A DNA stretch of 64,000 nt from Dendrobates tinctorius (lineage: Eukaryota), in assembly GCF_039654945.1 (NCBI RefSeq), contig NW_027361731.1:22134001-22198000 (forward strand), given 5' to 3'. The position numbers and the translations under genes were made by a program. The notes below the pieces were generated by a model. That model was not told the DNA's origin. It did no database searches and worked only from the letters and a program-made list of their open reading frames with translations. Positions 1 through 25,412 of the stretch are shown here, piece after piece; position 1 is the first letter of the stretch, and each line of letters starts with the position of its first letter.

Positions 1-536
1 GGCGACCATTTTCCTACAAGTTCGCACATCTCTACTCCCTGTATCGTACACTGCACATTGATGCCTTCCTGGACAATCCTTTTTGTTTTTTTTCATGGAC
101 TCGTAACAGAATGATCCCTGTGACCTCACTATAGGCACCGTCTCTGGTCCTCAGAACGGACAGGGTCCTGAGATGCCATTTTTTGCCATCTTATCTGCTG
201 TTTTTAGGTCACTTCTTGTAACTGTTTTGCAGCTTTAGAAACCTGAAGGGGTTAATAGAAGTAGAAAAACTGAAAGTATGAACAGTGAGTTGTTTTACAT
301 TTTTGTGCATTATGCTCCAACTTTTGCACTTTTTCGGATTGGTTACAGGACGTGTCCACCTGACATGACACGGTGTGCACATGTCCTTACACTATACCAG
401 CATCACTGCTCCTGTGTCTTGTTTTCCCATGGTATTTTGTATGATTCTTCATCAGCTGATCTTCTTTCCATTTAGGATCCTGGCAGATTCAATAGGTATA
501 ATTATCTTCTAGAAAATTTACTTTAAACATTAACGA

Positions 537-15235
<14,699 letters not shown>

Positions 15236-15412
15236 AAACTCATGTAGAGTGTGAAGGAAATAAATAATCAATAATTGAAATCAATCAGGCAGTAGAGTTC
15301 CATTTAGTTGTCAAAAGGGTGAAACTGGATATACCAGTATTGTAAGCACAAAGGGGCTTTTGCTGGAGGTAGGTGTCAATCCTGGCACCTCAGCTCCTGA
15401 ATTCTCAGCTTA

Positions 15413-15876
15413 GGCTACTTTCACACATCCGTTTTCTGGAATCCGGCACGATGCGGCAAAAATGTAAAAAACCTGATCCGGCACCAGATGGCACCGGATC
15501 CGTTTTTTTCCTCATTGACTGTCATTATCGCCGCATCATGCCGGATGGCCATGCGGCGTGTCAGGTTTCTGCCGGAAACGAGAAAAATGCGCCGTCCGGC
15601 GTGTGCAAAAAACGTTCCCTGTAACGTTTTTTCACAGCGCCGGAACGGTTTTCAGCACTGCACATGCCCGGGCACGTTTTCTTTTAACCCCATAGGTGAT
15701 CGCTCTCTCTCTCTCATCATACCTGTCTGTGTCTGTTGCCCTCTTTGCGCTCTGGCTCCTTTAAATCTTCACGACACCGTATCCGGCCGTACACTCACAT
15801 CCGGTGTCTGCTTCCGACACTACGGCTTTTCACCGCAAGGCGCCGGATCACTAAAACCGGAGGTGTGAAAGTAGCC
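15413..15876. mobile_element. PIF/Harbinger-like MITE, specific to copy A
   Basis: TIR ggctactttcacac / gtgtgaaagtagcc with TTA TSD. Empty site agcTTAgagg at about 60380. Confidence 0.85.
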
Positions 15877-16872
15877 TTAGAGGAGCATAGCAAATAGTCT
15901 GTAGAAGAAGGAATATCTCCTATTGTCTGTGTAGGAAGAGATAAGTGTTTGAAAGGGCGCAACTTGGCTCATCCATCCATTCATAGACCGAGTTATTTTA
16001 CCCATTCCCGACTTGCGCCATATATATAAGGCGCCACAGGAGCTGTGTTCCCACAAACTGCCATATAGATAGGGCGCTGTGATCAGCCAGATCAGCGATC
16101 TGTCATTATACAGTTGATCTCGCATCCGGGGACAATGTAAAAAAGTTTTAAAAAGTTAATAAATTGTAAAGAAAAAAAAATGTTTAAATCACAAAATAAA
16201 TAACAAAAGAGATTAATAATTTTTCTCCAATAAATACAATTATTTATGTTTAAAACAAAATAAAAAGTACACATCTTTGGTATCGCCCCTTCTGGAATGA
16301 CCAGACCTATAAAACTGTCCCCTTCAGTGAACAACGTGAAAACAAACAAAAAAGGGCAAAAAACTATGCTTTATCATCATATTGATGAATAAAAAGTGGA
16401 AAACTACTCGATTAAAAAAACAAGTTGTCATAAGGGTCCGTCAGCAGAAAAATAAAAAAGTTATGGCTCCAATAATAAAGCGATTCTTTTTTTAATAAAA
16501 GTTTTTATTGTGTAAAAGCACTAAAAACATGAAAAAATATATGAGGTATTGCTGTAATCGTACTGACCCGAAGAATAAAACTGCCGTATCAATTTTACTA
16601 TATGTAGAACAGCATAAAAAAACTAAATAATAGGAGTTACTTTTTTTTGTTCATTCTGCCTCCCAAAAATCGAAATAAAAGCGATCAAAAATGTCATGTG
16701 TTTGAATATTATACCAGTAAACGTCAACTCGTCCTGCAAAAAACAAGTCCTCACATGACTCTGCCAGCAAAACTATGTAAAAATTATATCTCTCCAATAT
16801 AGTGATGCAGTTTTTGCAGTAAAAAGCGTCTGTGTGTGACAGCAGCCAAACATAAAAAAAATATAAATCTGG

Positions 16873-17980
16873 TGTGAGGACACAGCATTCTATCTGAATT
16901 ATCCACACGTCTATTTCCTGTAAGCCAGGAGGAATAGACTATTATCTATATGTTGAGTTTTTAATTTATGTGTTTGTTTTTCAGTTGGTCAAGAACCATA
17001 CACTGTTGTCATATTAGTCTTTAAACATTGATTTTTGATAATTTTGAATAGCTAATGTTTGCCTCTTATATCATCTCCTACAACTTATTGTCTATCTTTA
17101 GAATACAGTGATGTAGGGTAATTGAACACTGGATTTTTACTTAATCTGTTGAATGACCGTTGTGTGGGTCCTGTGGCTTGTTGACTTGGAAAACAGAGGA
17201 TTTAAACTATGCAAATTAATTTAGTCAAAAAATGCGAGGTAACCTCATCACATCTTCCTCTTGACCTCTGGATGCTGGTTTGAATGACAACAGTTGTGAG
17301 CTATATAAGTGGACTATGCCTATAACAATATACATCCAGACAGCCAAGAGATCCAAAGAACCAGAGAGTCTTTACAAAACCACAGCCAGGAACACTCTAC
17401 AGGATAGCTGCAACATCATGGTTCCATCACGAGGGAAACAGATTTGACATTTTGCAAGATGCCTGCTTAGGGGACCATGGCCCCAGCTGAAAGAATAACG
17501 ATCTGCCCCATTGACCATCACTGTACTATAGGTATGTTTGGGGTAGTCAGTATTTGGACTGACTGATCACCAGAACCCCATGGATACATTTGGGAAAGCC
17601 AGAATTGGCACCCACCTGTCAACTGGATCCATGGAGATGTTTGGAGAAGCCAGGATGTGACCCTCCGGTCACCTGGCCTTGTATTTCAATGGACTTTCAG
17701 CTTCCTAGGCTTATTGCTACCTCCTCCTGTGCATTCCACGGGTGGGGTAGTCGGCCCTGGAAGCTCTGAATTCACAGGTGCTCTTATCCCGACGTGTCAG
17801 TGGAAATGTGAGACTCAGTGTAAAATTACAATCTTGGGTATTTTTCTGGGACTGTTCTATATGTTATTTGCCTGTTTTGTGGTTCAATAAAGTATTGATA
17901 CACTGTTTTACCTTTACCCTGTGTTGTCTGAGTAGTATTATGCCCAATGCCAAAGGAGAGCATGTATTCGGTGGGATGAT
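16873..17980. mobile_element. Left part of an old solo LTR predating the gene duplication; its right part survives at 61386-62034
   Basis: TCTGG then TGTGAGG at 16868-16879 in A; TCTACA then TCTGG at 62029-62039 in B. Shared middle 17387-17980 vs 61386-61973. Confidence 0.6.
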
Positions 17981-18279
17981 TAACAAACAAAAACTGAAAT
18001 ATCACATGGTCATAAGTTTTCAGACCCTTTGCTCAGTATTGAGTGATGCACCTTTTGCGCTAGTGCAGTCTTCTTGGGAATGATGCAACAAGTTTTTCAC
18101 ACCTGGATTTGGGGATCTTCTGCCATTCTTCCTTGTAGATCCTATCCTGTTCCGTCAGGTTGGATGATGAACGTTGGTGGACAGCCATTTTCAGGTCTCT
18201 CCAAAGATGTTAAATTGGGTTTAGGTCAAGGCCACTGTGATCTTAGGAACCTTGAGTACTGTAGAAATTCTTTTTATAA

Positions 18280-19471
18280 GGCTAGTTTCACACTTGCTTT
18301 TTTTTGCAGCGCGTTTTTCCCGCAAAAAAACGCATTGAAAAAACGCATACAAAAGCATACAACTGCTGCGTTTTTTTCAAGCATTTTTATGAGCATGCAT
18401 GAAAAAAACGCAGCGTTTTTATGCGTTTGTATGCGTTTTTAGTGCGTTTTTACCGCGTTTGCGTTTTTTCCAAACATTAGGTGGCCCCTCACACTAACCC
18501 AANNNNNNNNNNNNNNNNNNNNNNNNNNNNNNNNNNNNNNNNNNNNNNNNNNNNNNNNNNNNNNNNNNNNNNNNNNNNNNNNNNNNNNNNNNNNNNNNNN
18601 NNNNNNNNNNNNNNNNNNNNNNNNNNNNNNNNNNNNNNNNNNNNNNNNNNNNNNNNNNNNNNNNNNNNNCTAACCCTGACCCTAACGCAAACCCTTAACC
18701 AAACCATACCCTGATNNNNNNNNNNNNNNNNNNNNNNNNNNNNNNNNNNNNNNNNNNNNNNNNNNNNNNNNNNNNNNNNNNNNNNNNNNNNNNNNNNNNN
18801 NNNNNNNNNNNNNNNNNNNNNNNNNNNNNNNNNNNNNNNNNNNNNNNNNNNNNNNNNNNNNNNNNNNNNNNNNNNNNNNNNNNNNNNNNNNNNNNNNNNN
18901 NNNNNNNNNNNNNNNNNNNNNNNNNNNNNNNNNNNNNNNNNNNNNNNNNNNNNNNNNNNNNNNCCTAACCCTAACCCTAACCTTGACCCTGACCCTAACC
19001 CTAACCCTTAACCAAACCATACCCTGATCCTAACCCTAACCCTGACCCTGACCCTAACCCTATCCCTAACCCTAACCCTAAACCCCCTTAACTAACCCTA
19101 ACTCTAACCCAAACCCCTAAATTCCATTGTCTAAACTAATGGTAAAAAAAACGCATGTGCAAAAAAACGCATACAAAGCATGCCAATGCGCACATATGCT
19201 CACCATAGACTTATAATGGGTGTCTTGCTGTAAAAAAACGCATTGCGCGCGCATGCGTTTTTTTGAGGCAAGTCGGACGCCCAAAAAATGCAACAGGTTG
19301 CATTTTGTGCGCCCGAGCGCATACCGCAAAAAAACGCATGCGCGGAAAAACGCGTACAAACGCATGTGTATGCGCACATAAGCGCATCCCATGCAAAGTA
19401 TAGGGAAAAAAAACGCATGCGCTATTTAGCGCTAAAATACCGAGAAAAAAAACGCAAATGTGAAACCAGCC
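18280..19471. mobile_element. Harbinger-like MITE carrying a degenerate (CCCTAA)n array
   Basis: TIR ggctagtttcaca / tgtgaaaccagcc with TAA TSD. Empty site tttaTAAccttgg at about 28865. Confidence 0.85.
18494..19120 (+). repeat. Interstitial telomere-like repeat (CCCTAA/CCCTGA variants) with two N blocks (18503-18669, 18716-18963)
   Basis: Direct reading of hexamer repeats around the N runs. Confidence 0.85.
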
Positions 19472-21450
19472 TAACCTTGGCCATATCTGTGCCTTGCCAC
19501 AATTTTGTCTCTGAGCTCCTTGGCCAGTTCCTTTGACCTCCTGATTCTTATTTGGTCTTACAAGCACTGTGAGCTGTGAGGTCTTATATAGAGAGGTGTG
19601 TGTCTTGCAAATCAAGTCCTATCAATTTAATTACACACAGCTGCACTCCAAAGAAGGAGTAGAACCATTTCAAGGAGGATCACAAGGAAATGGACAGCAT
19701 GTGACTTAAATATGAGTGTCCAAGCAAAGGGTCTGAATACTTATGACCATGTGATATTTCAGTTTTTCTCTTTTAATAAATTTGCCAAAATTTCTACATT
19801 TCTGTTTTTTGTCAGTTAAGATGGGGTGCAGAGTGTACATTAATGAGAAAATGTACTTTTTTGAATTTACCAAATGGCTGCAATGAAACAGAGTGAAAAA
19901 TTTAAAGGGGTCTGAAAAATTTCTGTACCCACTGTAATGAGGCGGATGGAGTCACTGTGGATGCCATGTGGCTTCCTATGTCTATCTTTCTAGGCATGCA
20001 TAAAAGCTCAGTCAACCACAGTTTTGTGCACCTCTGAAAAGAACATCTCCAAACTGATTCTAGAGTAACTCTGCTGCCGCATTATAGTGAATAACTTGGA
20101 GGTCTCATCTGAATCCTGTCACTTAGATTTTTAGATGTAAACCCCAATGTAAGTGATCAGGGAAGAGCGTCGGCTCAAATGTTATGGAAAATGTTCCCTA
20201 CAAAAGCTTTAAATCAATAAAAAAAAAAGCAAGTTGCCACTCGGGTCCATCAACTGTCAATGGAAATATAGGTGGCTTCCACGATACTGGTAGCACAAAG
20301 GCTCTGGAAAAGCCCTATGGCTCCTCACCTCCCAAAAGAAAAGCAAATTCTGCGCTCCCAAATCCAAATGTCCCCTCCTTTCTGATCACCACAGTGTGTC
20401 TAAACCATATTTAGCGTCCACATGTTTGTCATTTCTGCAGCGATGACAGCCCACCTACTTTACAGTTGTGTGTTGTGAGGCAGTGACCAGTGTCACAGAT
20501 AGGGGTCGTTGTGTATTCTCCCCAGGATGCGTATGGAGGCCATGAGAGTGCATTGCAGTCACAGGTGTAGCTGTGATTGTAATGCAGACTAAAAATAAGT
20601 GTTAGTCTTGGGGATGCTGGTGTCCAGGGTGTCACACCGCGGCCGCAGGTCCCGCCGCGGCCCCCACTGGTTCCGGCTCCCCTGCTGCTGCCATCCCGGT
20701 CCCTGGCGGCTTGCACGCCGCAGTCTCGCCTGCCCCGGTCCTCACCACGGCTCTCCCGTTACTCTTACCCTGCACTCGCTCCTGCCCGGTATCCTCTGCT
20801 CCAAACAGGCGTGCGCCCCTGCCCGGCTTCCTGCACCTCGACGGGCGCGCGTCCACACTGAAGTCTGGAGAGTGCGCACCCTCCATTCCCTTTGAGCGCA
20901 CGCGCCCTCCTCAGCCTGCGCCAGCTAGGGTCGTGACCCGGAAGTCCTTGATCAGATGCCCTATATCAGGCCGTCTCTTCCTCCTGATGGTGCCTGGTGA
21001 TCGCTCGAGCCCTGCTTGTGATCCTGGCCCCTTTGTCTCTGTTCGCACCCCTGCTCCCAACCTGTCCTCAGCTAATAGTGCCTCTCCGCTGTTCTCTTTC
21101 TTAGGATCCGGAGTTCCGAGGCTCTGTTCCGCCCCGTCCTGGTATCCCAGCTGTGTATCCATCCAGTCCGCGTCTGCTGCCTGTCGTTCCACCCGTGTCC
21201 CTGATCTGTCCGCCTGCCGTGTTCCTCTCCTAGGGCGATTACCTGCCGATCTCTCTTGTGTTCCGTCGGGTCACCGAGGCCCTCTCCCTGGGTACCAGCT
21301 GCCGTGGTGATAGTTACCCGCGGGCCTGCCCCAAACACTCCCTGTATAGGGGGTGGTCCACCTGGTCAGCTCGCCCGTGGGAGGTTCGTTGTCAGGGTCC
21401 AGCGGGTCCACTCCCGGAGTAATACCAAAGTCTCACAGAATCACCTGGCC

Positions 21451-22477
21451 CTGGATCCCGCTGGTACCCCGACCCCGACCCAAAAGGAACTTTTGTTCCT
21501 TCGAGAAAACCAGCCGAGGATCATGTCGTTCCTCAAGACCATGGAGTCCCGTCTATCCGCTTTACAACCCTCCGATCTGGGGACTGCCTCTCAGATCACC
21601 GGTCTCCAGCAGGAGCTCGCCCAGCAGCGCGACACTCAGGCCCATATTTTGAATTATATGGCCTCAGTAGATAACCGCCTGCTAGCTCTTCAGACCGCAG
21701 CGGCAGCCCCAGTCCAGGCGGCAGTTTCGCATCTGTCCCCCTCGGTTGGCAAAACCCCCGCGTTATAGCGGTGACCCCAAGCTGTGTCAGGGGTTCCTTA
21801 ACCAATGCCAGCTACATTTTGAATTGTCGCCTCTGCAGTATCCCACCGACCGGGCCAAAGTAGCCTTTATGATATCCCATTTGGAGGGCGAGGCACTAGC
21901 CTGGGTAAACCCCTTGTGGGAACGTGACGATCCGATCGTCTCCCAGCTTGCGACCTTCTTGGAGAATTTTCGTAAAGTCTTCGATGAGCCCGGCTGCCTG
22001 GTCTCAACCGCTGAGTCCTTATTTAACCTCCGCCAGGGTACTCTCTCTGTGGGACAGTACGCCATCCAGTTCCGCACGTTGTCATCCTAGCTTGGATGGA
22101 ACAACGAGGCCCTGGTAGGGGCTTTTTGGCGCGGTTTGTCTGCTCGGATTAAAGACGAGTTGGCTGGGAGAGACACACCTACGTCTTTGGAGGACCTCAT
22201 CTCTCTGGCAACACGAATCGATCTGCGTTTTCAGGAGCACTCCCTCGAAGCCGCCAGGGAGAGAAGACCTTCTCGCTTCTCCTCTACTACACGCAGCCCT
22301 CCTCGTCCGCGACCCTCCTCCGCGGCGTCTGCACCAGAGCCAATGCAGGTGGACCGACTCAGACCAGCGGAACAGCGTCGCCAGGAGAGATTTACACATG
22401 GTCTTTGTCTCTATTGTGGCAACGCCTCCCATCTCCTGCGTTCCTGTCCGGTGAGGCCGGGAAACGCCTCCGCCTAG
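21451..22477 (+). pseudogene. Chromovirus gag
   Basis: PPRYSGDPKLCQGFLNQC, AKVAFMISHLEGEALAW, LRQG..SVGQYAIQFR, PEPMQVD and CCHC knuckle [14 protein letters not shown]. Frameshift near 21745 and TAG at 22088-22090. Slippery GGGAAAC at 22459-22465. Confidence 0.88.
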
Positions 22478-25412
22478 GACAGGTAAGAGAGGCCTCCCTA
22501 GGTGGTGTCAGTGATACCTCTCTACCCTTGACCCTTTCTGTTTTGTTTGTTCTGGGTTCTAAGCGTTTTTCCGAGGTAGCCTACATTGATTCTGGCGCTG
22601 CCGGGAATTTCATCCAACTCGAGGCGGTGAAAAGATTGCAGATACCTGTCAGGTCCTTGGAGTCTCCCCAGCAGTTAGCTTCAGTCGACGGTGTTCCCCT
22701 GCATGAGACCGTTACCCTGGTCACCGAAGAGGTGGAGTTACAGGTCGGGATCTTGCACCGAGAGAAGATAGCCTTCTTCGTATTGCCTTCGTTATCACAC
22801 ACCTTGCTTCTAGGTCTTTCTTGGCTAAGAATACACGAACCTACCCTGGATTTGCGATCCGGAGACATTCTTCGCTGGGGTCAGTCCAGCCAGACTAAGT
22901 GCCTTCGTCCGGTACAGCCTCTCAAAACTATGCTACCTGCCTCGGGCCCCACGGGTCTGCCCTCGGCTTATTGGGCTTTTGCCAACGTTTTCAGCAAAAA
23001 GGAGGCAGAGACTCTCCACCCGCACCGGCCATATGATTGCTCGATCGATCTGGTCCCAGGTTCAACTCCGCCCCGGGGGCGAAGCTATCCTCTGAATCCT
23101 CTCGAATCACCAGCCATGACAGAGTACGTTCAAAAGAGCTTGGCAAGAGGCTTTATCCGGAAGTCATCTTCACCCGCCGGAGCAGGTTTCTTTTTTGTCA
23201 AGAAGAAAGATGGGTCTCTTCGTCCTTGTATCGACTATCAGGGTCTTAATGAAATCACTATCAAGAACAAGTACCCACTTCCTCTCATTCCTGAGTTATT
23301 TGATCGGCTGCGAGGGGCACGAATCTTTACCAAACTGGACCTCCGTGGAGCCTACAACCTCGTCCGTATTCGCTCCGGAGATGAATGGAAGACCGCTTTC
23401 AACACCAGGGATGGCCACTACGAGTATCTCGTCATGCCCTTCGGTTTGTGCAATGCTCCCACGGTATTCCAGGAATTTGTAAACGACATTTTCCAAGACC
23501 TTTTGTACTCCTGTGTGGTAGTATATCTGGACGATATCCTCGTCTTCTCTCCTGACCTGCCTACCCACAGGAGGAATGTCCGACAAGTACTGTCACGCCT
23601 GAGAGAGAATCGACTGTATGCTAAGTTGGAGAAATGCGCCTTCGAACAGACCTCCCTTCCGTTCTTAGGTTACATCATCTCTGACTCTGGCTTGCGCATG
23701 GACCCGGAGAAACTATCTGCGTGCTCAACTGGCCACGACCTCATGGCATGAAAGCCATTCAGCGATTACTTGGTTTCGCAAATTACTACCAGCAGTTCAT
23801 TCCTCATTTTTCCACCTTGACTGGTCCTATTTCCTCTTTGATCCGTAAGGGAGCCAATCCTCATGTCTGGTCCTCCGAAGCCGAGAATGTCTTCTTGTCT
23901 CTGAAACAAGCCTTCGCCTCGGCACCCATGTTCCATCGCCCAGAGGCCAACAAACCTTTTTATCCTCGAGGTCGATGCTTCCGCGACTGGGGCCAGTGCA
24001 GTTCTATCTCAGAAATCTCCCTCCGGTAGGCTCGTTACGTGTGGGTTTTTTTCCAAAACCTTCTCTACTTCGGAACGAAACTATTCTACTGGAGACAGAG
24101 AACTGCTCACCATTAAGTTAGCTCTGGAGGAGTGGAGGTATTTACTGGAGGGAGCGGTCCATCCATTTACGATTTACACGGACCATAAGAACCTGGCTTT
24201 CATTCGATCGGCACAGAGACTCAACCCTCGGCAGGCCCGGTGGTCCCTGTTCTTCGGCCGATTTGATTTTGATCTGCACTTTCGTCCCGGCAACAAGAAT
24301 CTTAAAGCCGACGCTCTGTCCAGGTCCTTTCTCTCAGCAGATATGGAGGAGGAACCCATGCACATCTTGGAGCCATCCAGGTTCATCACGGTGGCATCGC
24401 TCTCCTTAGTGTCGTCACCTTCGGGTAAGACTTTGGTGCCCGAGAGGAATCGAAGACGGGTCTTGCGCTGGGGGCATACTTCCAAACTTGCTGGTCATGT
24501 CGGATTTAAGAAGACACTTGTCCTTGTGTCCCGTTACTACTGGTGGCCGACTCATCTCCGGGATGTCCGAGATTTTGTTGCCTCCTGTCCGTCCTGTGCC
24601 AAAAACAAGGTGCCCAGGCAGCTGCCTTCCGGTCTCCTTCATCCACTTCCAGTCCCCTCAGCTCCTTGGCAACACGTTGCAATGGATTTTATTACCAATC
24701 TACCCAAGTCTGCGGATTGTACTGTCATCCTTGTGGTGGTAGACAGGTTCTCGAAGATGGCACATTTCATCCCTCTCCCAGGGTTACCTTCTGCACCCGA
24801 TCTGGCGAAACTTTTCATTCATCACATCTTCCGTCTTCACGGATTGCCCCAACATATCGTTTTGGACAGAGGAGTCCAATTCACCTCTCGATTTTGGAGA
24901 GCCCTATGCCGGTCTATGGATGTCACACTCGACTTCTCCTCATCTTACCATCCACAGTCCAATGGTCAAGCGGAGCGGACTAACCAGAATCTGGTAAACT
25001 ATCTCCGGCACTTTTCTAATGCCCACCAGAACGACTGGTCTGACTTACTCCCATGGGCTGAATTCGCCTACAATAGTCATATCAGCGAATCGTCTGGCAA
25101 GTTTCTTTTTTTTGTCGACCACGGGCAACACCCGGGTGTACCTTTACCGGTTCCTCCTGCCTCGGGTGTACCGGCGGCTGATCTTCAATCTGGGGATTTC
25201 TCCAGGATCTGGCAGGAGACCAAGGCCGCTCTCGAGTTAGCACGTGACATGATAAAGAGACACGCTGAGAAAAGGCGCTTGGATGCCCCGCCATATCATC
25301 CGGGGGATAGGGTTTGGCTATCGTCTAAGTTCATTCGTCTAAAGGTCCCTTCACATAAACTGGGACCCCGCTACATTGGGCCTTTTGAAGTTTTGACTCG
25401 TATTAACGATGT

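Larger units (their letters stand above)
17980..19934 (-). mobile_element. Deleted Tc1/mariner (IR/DR type) element interrupted by a MITE
   Basis: Ends ...ttctgtacccactg then TA at 19934. The inner TIR repeat (aaactgaaatatcacatggtcataag) at about 17990 is inverted relative to about 19740-19765. Transposase remnants on the minus strand. Copy B has the TA site without the element (about 62284). Confidence 0.75.

Noticed and set aside
18494-19120. True telomere or chromosome fusion point
   Set aside because: Single orientation, degenerate, and enclosed within MITE TIRs and a TSD.
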